Assembly: GCA_965637545.1 (NCBI GenBank)
Contig: OZ281500.1
Location: 23,684,001 to 23,748,000, forward strand
DNA: 64,000 bases
From: Phallusia mammillata
Taxonomy: Eukaryota
Reading direction: 5' to 3'
Below are positions 40,401-52,700 of the stretch, piece after piece. A model generated the notes under the pieces. It was not told the DNA's origin. It searched no databases and saw only the letters and a program-made list of their open reading frames with translations. How positions within the stretch are numbered: position 1 is the stretch's first letter; each line of letters opens with the position of its first letter. The position numbers and the translations under genes are program-made.

Positions 40401-41864
40401 ATTAATTATGCAGAACGGTGGCTGAGCGTTTAAAGTTTTTGAGCCTATAGTGCCGTGCCTTTACAATTTACATACACAACTGTACAAACAAATGGAATAT
40501 TTGTGCGAAAACCGTTAATACAGGACAACTTGGTCAACAGACTTGTAATTTTGAAGCTAAAAAAGCTTATCATTTAAAATACCCTCGCTTTAAATGCGCC
40601 TTGTTATCATATTGTGACCCATTGTACAACTAGTACAAGTGCACTTAACCGACATTTAACTGCAAATAAATTGTCATCTTAGCATTATACTGCATTACAA
40701 GTTTTATGCGTTGCAAATCGCCTTAAGAATGTGTCAATGAAGTTATAGGCTGCCGGTCTCCCAGTCAGTCAGTTAAAACTTGGCTTGGTGCTCCCGGAAG
40801 CTACGCAATGTGCCGCCTATACGTTGTTGATGCCTTAAACTTCCTGACATAGTCATTACGCAGCACCCTGGCTTAGGGCTATTACTTATAAGGCTTTGAA
40901 CCCTTCAGGTTGATTAAAAACTTGATGTCTGGCCAAAAATAGCGTTGGTGCGAAAATAAAACTCGATTTTAAATAGATTTAAGTAATTTTTTAAGTCCAG
41001 AAAACCTGTTATAATTGCAATCTTTTGCAACTAGTATTTAAGAAGTAGACAAATCGGTATTGTGACGAAATAATAATCAGCTATTGTGAAGTCACAAACA
41101 ACAAGATTGCGTTAAAACGTTCAATGGTCTTGTTTAATTAACCCAGGGTTGAAACGAGTTCACCGGTGATTACGAGTTATTTTATGTCATTGCGTTTGTT
41201 GTGGTCTAATTACAGGTATTTACAACCGCTTGCATGGTAATAGGTCTGTGGGAATGGGCGATTTTCTATGCTTAAGCTAAGGTTGTACCTGACATGCATA
41301 GTAGTATTTATATACTATACTCGATATTAGCACAAGCTTATTACATGTCTTTGACACTATTGTTTTAATATAATTCTTAAGGAAAAAAATAATAATTTGT
41401 AACGAAAAATATAATTCTTAAGGTATAACATAATACAAAATCATTTTTTTAATCATAGAAATATAATAAAAACCAACTATACCCTGGTATTTGGTTATAG
41501 TTTCTAATAAAATACTTAAATTATAAAAAAATGGAAAGTCATGTTTTACCATTAATGATGCTTTTTTGTCAAAAATGTACAAATTATGACAAACTAGGTA
41601 TGTTTTGGTTGTGAGGCTATTTTTAACTGGGACTGTCGACAACAATTGAGTGTACTTATTCCACCGTGACTGTTTTCGTTCCAGATCATTGCGCCCAACA
41701 CGGAATGGGTAACTTTCGAGGAGTTTCACTGGCACGCTCAACCGGAGTGCTTCAAATGTACAGAATGCTCCAAATCACTTGTAGGAAAACCCTGCATTCC
41801 AAAGGGCGAGATGGTATTCTGCTGTTCACAATGCAAGCGAGCGAAAATACCACCTGGACAGTGA
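31428..41864 (+). CDS. TES: Testin-like protein (Cys-rich domain + Pro-rich linker + PET + 3 LIM domains)
   Basis: Exons 31428-31466 ([13 protein letters not shown]), 31722-31807 ([25 protein letters not shown]), 32101-32626 (KICRNCKC...), 32904-33002 (EYEWTPP), 34756-34986 (PET: QLPPHDQ), 36019-36234 (LIM1), 39344-39523 (LIM2) and 41685-41864 (LIM3, stop). All junctions are GT-AG and in frame. Three LIM domains with no long C-terminal tail favour TES over LMCD1 or Prickle. Confidence 0.9.
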
Positions 41865-43730
41865 TGATAGAGTCGTATTATTGAGAATTCGTTCTTGCAT
41901 TTTGCAAACGCGGCTGCTTGTGTTAAAGTGTAACCGCAGTCGCCGCGTATTATATCTTTAAAGGAAAGTGTGGCGAATATTTTTGCGCGTTTCGGTTTTC
42001 CCCTGCAAGCTTGACCTAAAAGTGATACCACTTGCCTTTAATCGCTTTCGCGTCGTAAATATTAACCCATGTCGTTGCAATTTCATGTTTGACATTCCTG
42101 TCTATAGCGGGCGCGAGAATGGCGCCTTACTTTGACCGCTAGGTGGTGAACTTCGCCACTGGGGACTTCCCCAATATTACGAGCCTTTTCTGCAGCATAA
42201 TAAACGGCGTGTGCCATAAACATGTTTCACGTTTAGTTTTTGTCCCACATGCATTTGATGTTGTTTAACCTGTTTTGCATTTGTTTTAAATCCAACACTT
42301 TTTTTCGAATCTGATTATAGCCGATAGTTTTTCTGAGATCAAAACTTTATGTACATTTTGCAACATACTGGGAAAAAAACGTGATTGTAGCCATATTGGT
42401 TTTGACGAAATCAAGTTATCTTTCTCCGGACCTACAGAGTTTAGCTTGTGTTAATGCAAAAAAAAGCAAGAACATGTTTCTACATTTCAGCAACTTATTT
42501 AACGTTCATGTTTCATCGTGTCATTTCACTACAAGTATATCATTTCATCGTCACTTTACGTTTCTAGCTTATCACACCGCTTTACAACGGTTTTAAATCC
42601 ATCTTTTGGGGTTACAGTTTTAATAAAACAGACTTGATTCAGGCTAGACTTCACACTGGGCCACATTAGTGCCGCAATTTCATAGAAATAATTTAAGAGT
42701 TTCGGGCGTTTTTTGCAAAACATCTTTTCATGAAAAAACTAATTCGTATTTTATGAAATGAAACAGCATTATTTTTGTTGCAACATTTGGATACGAATAC
42801 TAGTTGATTCTTATTTTTCATCATTCTATTCTTGTTAATATTCCCAGTTCTCGCGGAACAACATTTTTTTGCATCACATCATTATTTCTATTTTTAATCA
42901 CATTCCTTATTATGACCAAACAATTGTGTTCTGTTTTTTGTGCAAAACTAATTTCAAGTGCTCCGTACAACTTTCACGTAGCACGCAGAGGCACATGTAC
43001 TTTGGCGCCGCATGTGGAAGGCCGTCCAAACGTTCTCGTATTATTCCGTCGCCTAATTTATAACCTGAGCCGATTTCTTTTGTTTGTTTATTGTATTATC
43101 TCCTTGTACTCTTGTCGTGTACGATATTCTAACCCGTGTAACTGCCGTTCCGCTGATGGGATGTAACGGAACACTAACGCGCGCTTCTACGACTATTTTT
43201 CCGTCCGCTATGTGTTAGTACATTCGCGTGATGTATAAACGAATGACGAAGTGGATGACGTCATAATTGAACTGTCGAGGCGAGAATGAGATTCCGGAAA
43301 ATGACGAGAAAGTTAGAAAAGCAGTTTGCGAGGAAATTAAAGTTGTGTAAATTATAACACATCAGTATGGATGGACACGTGTTTACCAATTTTGTAAAGC
43401 GACACGACTGAAGAATAATGTTAGAACTGAAGAATAAATGTTAGTGGTTACTATCCACCCATAATGCCAGCAAAATGGTGCTTGCGGGCAGGGGTTTGAC
43501 CGCATGGTCCGGCGCCTACAGACCTTGATTGGGATTGGTCCTAGGTTCTAACCCCGTGAAAAACAATAACAACATAAAACGGTTTTGGAGAATACCTCAT
43601 TTTCACCAAAACCTATCAAAATTTCGTCCAAAATTAGTGTGAACCAATTATATATTTCTCTGCAGAATAAACCATCTGTACATTTTAAACGGACTCATTT
43701 ATCGCCTTAAATCTAATGTTTTTTCTAAAT

Positions 43731-46700
43731 CTAAAACCGATAAAACGTTGCCAGTAGGCATGCTAAGCTCATCAACACATTTTGTGGACTTGTTCTTGTG
43801 GCGGGGGAAGCACCTAAATCTTGCAGCCAATCGCTAGTGAATTGTGGGAGGAAAACTTTCCTCCGGATGGCGGCTCTTCTGGTGGTTTGAGATTCGCTCC
43901 GGGTCCAGAGTGGGAAGAAGTTGAGTCCGGCAACAAGCTCCACATCACGGATCCGAGCAACATGTTGAGTCAACGTCGTCGCGCCCCAACTTCGCACAGG
44001 TTCGTCAGTCTGTGTTGGAAACAAAATGTGCCAATAACGTTTCGTTAGGAATGTTTATGGTTTTAGTGTTTATGAGCATGCACACAAGCTCACTGAGGAC
44101 CACTGTGAGCAAAATTAAATATAAAAATTGATCTTTTCCCCCTCACCTTACGACACGGATATTCCTCAAAGTTTGGAATAATGAAACTCAAGACTTCCAC
44201 GTCATCGGGCGATGACGTACACTGCATAATTGGAGTTCCTACCTCAGCGCATCGCGTCATTACCAAGAAAAAGTGGGTGGGGATGGGCGTGGCTGTGATG
44301 TCACTCCCCAGAAATTGTCCTTGGCTGTCGAAAAAGTCGTTCTTTCAAAATATACGATAGAAAACTAAAGGAAAATTACCAAAAGCAATTCTTGTAAAAT
44401 ATGAAAAAGTAACGACAGTAAATGTAAAAAATACTTTTTCAAGTGTGAAGAAGTACAATTAATACGCAGAAGTGAAATAACATAGATAGCTGTTACCAAC
44501 GAGTAAATAAAACAAAGAACTTTTATCAAAGCAACAATCAATTGATTCTTGTTTATAAGTACATACGTCACAATGGTGTCGTTTGTGTCTGGAAGTCCGT
44601 CATAATCATAATCGAACACAGGTCCAGCGGTGACAGCCAAACCCCCAAAATCGTTCGCCCATCTTCCCATCTCACCAGCCATGAAACTCCACACTGCATT
44701 TAAGGTAACACGAAATTTACAAATCAGGCGTCGTTTGTGGGTTGCGAAAGTTTCGCAGTTACTTCCACTTTTATTACCAAGATCTTTGGACTTGGAAATA
44801 AAACGGAATAAAAATGTGCTCAGCTGTTTTCAATGTAACATCTCGTTGTGATGGTAACTAATTTACCGCATTGAATACCGAAATAAATAAAGTATATTTT
44901 GTGCAAAATTTAGTGCATTTGCAACGTTAAAATTTATGCATAGCAGCAGGGTTTTTTTTAAGGTTTGGTTTGGGTGACCGCTAAGTAGTTTTAAGAGACC
45001 GCAAGTGTTTCATTTAAATACCAAAAAATAGCCATATTTGCTTTTTGGGAAACCGCTGGAGAAATTCTTAACCGGTGGGAAATTTCCCACTAGTGGGAAA
45101 TTTAATGTTTTTAGAGGGAAATTATCTAAGTCAGGTAACTAAACTCGGGCCCGAGGGTCAAACCCGGCTTTGAATTATTCGTTGAAAGTTACTTAACTAA
45201 CATTTTTCCGCAAAAACATGTAAGATTAATTTCAGCAAGGCTTGCAAGACACATATAAATCCAAAGGCCGTTTGTTACATTACAGACAAGACTAAAAGTA
45301 TCAATGACTTTACTATTGTGCGCGAATAAAAGCCTTTCCTTTATTGATTGTGATGCAATAAATGACCAATGCAAGCAGAGCAGACTCTTCAGTATTCCAA
45401 AAAGTTTAATCTCTCACAGAAGCACTATTTACTAAATAAGATTGCAGTATACCTTTGGAGTTCCAGACCAAATCGCTTCACAAAATTATTTCATTAAAAG
45501 AATAATTTTTTGTCAACGTAGGGCACAAAACATCATTATAAAAATAACAGAGGGGGAAATTCGAAGTCGAAGTTGACTTTAGTGGGAAACCACACCAAAA
45601 AGGTTAAGAACCACTGGGTTAAACGAAAATAATCGCTCGTGAGAATAAATTCAACAGGTTCTCGAAACTTAATGATAAAACAAGCCAGCATTTCCACTTA
45701 CTCTCTGCGGTGGCAGGATACATTGGCACTGTGTTGGTTCGGATCAAAGCATCGTGCACCGCGTCTCCGTTCGATAATTCTGCGGTTTACAAAACATCTA
45801 TCTTTAAACATGCATTGTGATTTCACGGAGACAGGTATATAACGCAAGTGTCAGCATAATATCTGCACTAATTGAAATTTGAAACTACATAAGTGCAAGA
45901 AAAAATGCAAAAAGCAAAAGTATTGGTTTCAAACGTTAAAAGTCGTACACCAGGCCCACTGAAGGCGCCATACCGAATCAGCCTGTCGCCAAGTATTCAC
46001 CACCAAATGGCAAGGCGAAGGCTAGAAAAAGTTTTTTTCTGAATTTAGTTTTTACTTCAATGCAAGCCCAATAACGGAACATCTAGAGGTACACCTATTT
46101 TTACAAACACAATGCATCTCTGCTCCCACCTGGTGGATATAAGAAAGCTGATTTCACGGTGTCCTGGTCAGTGTAGGATGAACAGCCAGTTTGAAACGCC
46201 AACATACGATAATCCGAGCGGCTGCAACCAACAGGAGCTTCCATGTCCCGTTTCTGCAATAAACACACACAGAAAAAGTAAGCCGAGTGTTGAATTTTGT
46301 AATAACGAAACGAAACCACAAGGTTGCGTGTTCTAATCCCGCATCTTGAAAGGATTTCGAAACAAAACACACCCAAATGAGCGAATTTTTTTGATACATA
46401 ACAGCACGTTTTTCTATGTTATATTTCAAGCAAGTTCATACATCACAAAAATTTAATAAATAAACGACATTGTTTAAATGTATTTCAGCAGAGCTTTTTT
46501 CCCATAGTTTAGTCTTTAGTGCATCTATAGGTTTCATACAAGTCGGAAAGCACTGACTTAGACATAGAGAATTTCTTCTTACCACATCTTGTAGGGTGAA
46601 AGTGACGTAGACAGGTTGTTTCTTGTCTATGTTGTGTTCGTTTGTGAAATCTTTCTGACCCAGCAAGCAGTGGTGCTGCATAGGTTCAACATAAATTGTT

Positions 46701-49700
46701 GGACGACCGTATAATGAGTTTGCAGCATCGACAGCAGCCACTGTACACAGCAAAATATTCTGAGAGATTTTAAATGGATTTAAAGCAAGCTTTGTGCGGT
46801 CAACCACCACATGCATAGATGACGATTAAAAAACGACATTCCTGCAGTCAAAAAGGGGATTTTAAAGAGCTTTATACAGGTTAGGTTACCACAGCGTTTT
46901 CTATGTATGGCTTTGAAAACTTTTAGCCTGTATCCCCTACATCAGTGGTTCCCAACCTTTTTTTAACGCGATCCAAATACTCATCAAAATTTTGTTTAGT
47001 GGTTTCTCGCGACCCATGGACATGCTATTTTAGTTGTATCTTTGTCTGTAAATTTGGAAAGCTTGTTGAAAATTTCTAGGCAGGTTTAGCAAATCAATAG
47101 TCTTATAACGAACGAATAGTGTTGTTTTTTCGACCAAACATTTCCATTTAGCCCGAACTTGGAGCTAAATCGAATTATTATTGGCCAGACAACGCCCAAC
47201 TGTGAGCTAACACATCACTTTATGACGTCACAAACAGTTTTAACCATTATCACTACAAGTTGTGATAAAATTATTGTTGGGCAACAATTTAAAGCCTTGG
47301 GAAATATATACATGTAAAAAACACGCTACAAGGCGAAATCAAGCAGATGCTCTTATTCGCACTAAAACAGGCGGCCCAACAGAATGTTCAGGCGACCCAA
47401 CTTTGGGTCGCGACCCATAGGTTGGGAAACACTGCCCTACATAACAGCCTATTTCTTTGTACGACTTTGCACGCTTTAAACGGGTTAAAAAGTATCATAA
47501 GATATTCAGTGTTCTAGTATTGAAATTAAAAAATCAGAAAATCAAACCCACCTTCCTCCACAGTGACGGGCAACCGTTGGTTTGCTTCTAATTCGCTCAA
47601 ACCCTGAACAAAATAATTTGAAACATCACATAGCAAGTTTACAACGACGCACATTTAAAGGGGACAGATTTTTTCTAGTCGGTACTTCGTGAAATTCCTA
47701 ATCAGTTTTGGCACCCTAATCTGTATCTTGCGGATATTATTTGTTAAACCAATGATTCAAATTCCTTGCACCTATAGTTAAAATCTCCTGTTATTCAACA
47801 TCTTGCCAGACTTCACCAATAATTTAAGCTTTTTCCCAACCTGACAATAAGTGCATCCGAGTTTGTCAGTCGATGCGGGTGGTTCACTGTTCACTTCACA
47901 GACCGCGGCGTTCTGTCCATTAGGTGGCGCTGGTACGTCGCTCGGTTGCGCCATCACGTGATGAAGAGCACCTGGTGTCCCATTGTTTGGAGCCGGATCA
48001 AGAGAAAGAAGATCTTAAAAAGAGAAATGTCCTCAAAACCTGACACCACTAGCCGATACGGCCAATGTCTTGTCACCAACTGCATTAATGAGACCTTGCG
48101 GGTTGATTATGACAGTGTTTTTCAACCTTTTTTGAGCCACGGAACACTTTATACATTAAAATATGTTTGCGGAGCACCAAACGAAATTTTGATGCAATGA
48201 AACAACTATAGGGTCAGGGTCACTAAAACGCTAAATCGCACATCACGTAATCACTAAAACGGATGAAAACGCTCATATAGCGCTATTAAAGTCGGGGGAA
48301 GTTTTACGAAAAACGTATCATTGAAACTAGTATTGTACCTAAATACAATATTCGCCTAGCACTGACTGTTCCGTGATTCATCGTTTTCCGAGCAAGCAAT
48401 TATGCTGAACGTCAGAAAATTTGTTGAATCTCGTGTCGACTGAAACAGCGTTTAAATGTTATATTATTTTTAAAGATTACCCAAAGCTAAATTGCACCAA
48501 CGGTCAGCAATTTACCCGCGATTCAGCTATTTCATTATTAGACAACGAGTCTTAATATTACTCAACAATAAATGAAGCCAATCACTACAGAACATTCCAA
48601 TCGGGGATGGCGGATAATTATTTTCATAAAAGAAAACCTATTTCTGCCTATTGTATTAAACCAGTGATTTTCGACCGGTGTTTGATATAAAACACTATTT
48701 AAACCGTAGAAGTCTAAAACATTAGAATCTTATATTCAAACCAGCAAATTTCTCGCGGAACACCTGATGATCTTTCACGGAACACCGGTGTTCCGCGGAA
48801 CACCGGTTGAAAATCACTGGATTAAGGTGTACTGTCTGCAGCTTAGAAATAAATTTAATTGGATTTCCAAAAATTAACTGTATGCCACTGTATTTTTTAA
48901 CCTTTTTAGGTTACAGACTACTTCTGTTTTATCAATATCTGCATGGGAATAAAGATGTAAATTACTTAACAGTAATGGACCTCTCACCCCGGAGTATAGG
49001 CTATGTTATGATAATTGTGCTTTTAAATTTATCATTATTTTGTAATAAATATTTCATCAGTTTGATGTTTGGCAATTGTTTATACAACACCAATTGCTTG
49101 TCTTCACCACTATGTCACCGTAAATTACTTCAACAACTTGGAATTCGGTAACAAACATAGACCGATGAATTACCTGTGAGCAAATTGTAAACTTCGACGC
49201 TTTCGAAAGGTTCAGTTGTGTTGTATTCAGTCTTAAATCCGGGTCCGTGTGCAACGAACAGCGACTGAAACATTATTGAAAACAAAGATCTTTGTTGTAA
49301 ATAATAAACAATTCAAACCATATTTGTCGATACCATCAATGTGATTGCCCCAAAATCAAGTAGATACAATTGCGGTTTTAATTTAATACCAACCTTTATT
49401 AGGAAACTGTTATGCCATGTAAATAAAATCGGCATTTTGAGGCTGCAACCAGTTCCATTAAAATTGTCTTTTAAACAAATATGACGTAACAATGTCCGAT
49501 ATAAAGTGGCACGTGATAGGTTAAGCGAACAATTTAAGTTTGACAAACGAACAATACATTAAAAATTTAAATGCGCATTGGAAAAATTATGAAAAAAAAC
49601 ACGGAGAGGATTCAAAAAATGAAAAAAATTACATGGACAAAATAAACATTAAAAAGTACATAAAAGCAAAGTATATAAATTTTACAATAAAATACATTTA

Positions 49701-52700
49701 CGGCCAGATGCAAGCTTTCCACAAGTTGGATGTTTATTCACAAGTAAACTTGTTTAAACAGGCACGAAAACAAGGTTATAAATCGAACTGTGCAAGTTTA
49801 CTTTTAGACAATTATTATTTGAACTTGGTTTAATAATTAAACTTTTTGCTACACCTAAAAGTAATACAACTTATATTTGATCAACAATAAACTCACATGC
49901 ATACTTCTGAACTCATTGTCATAGCCATGCATTCCACCGTCACAAAAGTCCATTGTTCCTGTCTCTCTGGAAAGCAATTTAAGGTTTAACTTAGTGCTTA
50001 GATTTCTGTAACCTAACTTATAATTAAATTATATCCACAACGGCGGCGCTTGGTTGGGATAATGTTGTAAAAATACAGGGAAATTATTTCTTTTCAATCT
50101 TTTTATATTTAACAGGAATGTCAGCACTTTTAAATAACACCTTTACTAATCTTTGTAAGTTGCACAGTGTTATATACAGCTGTAGGCCTACAACTGTTAA
50201 AGACATACAGAAGCAATTTTGCTGCCAATGTTGTACAAGTTGTTGTCGATGCCTATTTCTAAAAACGTTTTGGGGTAAAGCATACAAGTCTTATTATGGA
50301 ACAAAATAAAAGTTTAGTTTTTATGATTATTGTCAGTGTTTACGGAACGTATTTGGGTACTATAGAATTAATAAATTTCGGGTCTGGTGTTAAACAGTGT
50401 TTCCAAAAATATTTCTCACCCGCCCACGAGCCAAGTGTCGTCCATCACAAGTTGAACTTGCTCAATTCGATCGTGATTCGCGTAGTGATAACGTTTTGGG
50501 AAATACTGACTCTTCTGGTAAGCCTGGAAATAACAAGATAATAAAATACAAACAAAATGCCCAAACTCACATAAAAACATCATTTACATATTTTGGTTGT
50601 AAAATTTAACCAGTTTAAACCTTTTAACAGCTAAAAGTTGAAAACAAAAAGCTAAGTAACTTGACAATTTTACGTAGTAGTATAAACTATCATCATTGGT
50701 GCAAAATGTCGGTAAAAATCTTCATTATATGCCATGCTTCGATTTAGTTTGCTGAGTCCCTGTCTCTAGTGTTTCCAGTGCAAAAACTGCTAAAACTATG
50801 GTTTACGAGTAGTTTTGCGAGCTTAACGAAATTCCACAGAGCATGCAATGCAAACAAATTCACATTGAACTAACAAAGTAATCAAACAGGTAAATAAAAC
50901 ACGCAGAAGGAAATAAAATGCTGATTAAACAAAAAGAAGTATGTTGGCCCACTCACCAGCCAGCGACTGTTTTCGTGGGTGCATTTCAGTTGGTCGACGA
51001 TCTTAGCTGGTTTGAATTCGTTCCACAAAGTTTCGTCGCGACTCTTCCCAACACGACCCAGAGCGCCTCCGTAAAAGTTCACCAGACTCATGTCGACTCC
51101 GTATTTGTCAATGTAGTTAAGGCGGTCGCAACTTTGAGGGGACATTCCTGGGTACGTTTAAACAAGCAAGGGTTTAATGTTAAAACTGGATTTCGTCACT
51201 TTATAATGCAAATCCAGAAAGTTAACAGGGTAGAACAATACATCTAAGTTTTCACTTAAAATTAAAACATATTACAAACCCTTGAAAACGCAGAATAGCT
51301 TAAAACAAAGCCTTGAAATTCAGTGCTTAGAACAATGGTTTCCAACCGGGTAGGGATTAAAAACCTAATGGGGTGGAATTTACTTTAATTTTTACATGTG
51401 GTTTGTAAACAGACACTTTAGCTCTGGGAATACAACCTGTGAAGTTGATAAAATACACAATTTTAAATGATCTTTGTATGGTTTGGCATCTACTATATGT
51501 AGTGTATTGGGGAGGAATATAAATGTTTTAAAGTGTTAAGGAAGGGATTCGTTATAAAAGGTTGGGAACCACTGGTTTTAAAATTTGCAAAGCTGAATTA
51601 CAACAAAAGCCAAGAGCAGTGGTTCTTAACCTTTTTGGTGAAGTTTCCCACTAAAGTCAACCACCAACTTCGAATTTCCCCCTTTGTTATTTTTATAATG
51701 ATGTTTTGTGCCCTACGTTAACAAAAAAAAATATTCTTTAATGAAATAATTTTGTGAAGCGATTTGGTCTGGAACTCCAAAGGTATATACTGCAATCTTA
51801 TTTAGTTTAAATTGTGCTTCTGTGAGAGATTAAGTTTTTGGAATTTTGAAGAGTCTCCTCTACTTGCAATAGTAATTTATTGCATCATAATCAACAAAGG
51901 AAAGGCTTTTATTCGCGCACAATAGCAAAGTCATTGATACTTTTAGTCTTGTCTGTGATGTAACAAACGACCTTTGGATTCATATGTGTCTTGTAAGCTA
52001 TGCTGAAATCTTACATCTTTTTGCGGAAAAATATTAGTAAAGTAACTTTCAACGATTAATTCAAAGCCAAGTTCGACCCTCGGGCCCGAGTTTGGTTACC
52101 TGACTTAGATAATTTCCCCCTGAAAACATTAAATTTCCCACTAGTGGGAAATTTCCCACCGGTTAAGAACCACTGGCCAAGAGGAACATGACTACAAATG
52201 CAAAAATATTGAAATCAACAGCTAGGTTGCGGACTCCAGGTTGAAGCTATAACTGAGGATAAAATTGAAACAAACTTACCATGGTCAGCAAGCAACACGA
52301 AATTGACGCAATTTTCAAGACCGCGCACTTTGAGTCCGTTCATCAACAAGCTGATGATGTCATCAACGGCTTGTAATTCGTTTGTGACGTCATCGGAGTC
52401 CGGTCCACCCACGTGACCTGCGTGGTCGAGATCGCTGACGTAGAGAGTGATCAAACTCGGTCTGTGGAGACGAAGTGTTTCGTGAAATATATAAAAGGGC
52501 GAAAGTCATTGGTTCGAATCCCATCTGGTAACATTGTATTTTTCGTATTTTAATAAACCGGTGGTTCTCAACCAGGAGTCATTTTCTTTATGTATGACAG
52601 AGTGTTGCGCATGACTGATTGTGGACTTGGTCACATGTCACAGTTTGGAGAATACAATGTCAACTCCATATTTGCAATGTCAAAATGCCGGTGGGACTAT

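Noticed and set aside
46129-46255. Active DNA/RNA non-specific endonuclease in the ENPP C-terminal domain
   Set aside because: The position equivalent to the catalytic DRGH motif reads KSAFLYPP in C and TTTYLYQP in B. With no His, it is likely a structural domain, as in vertebrate ENPP1-3.
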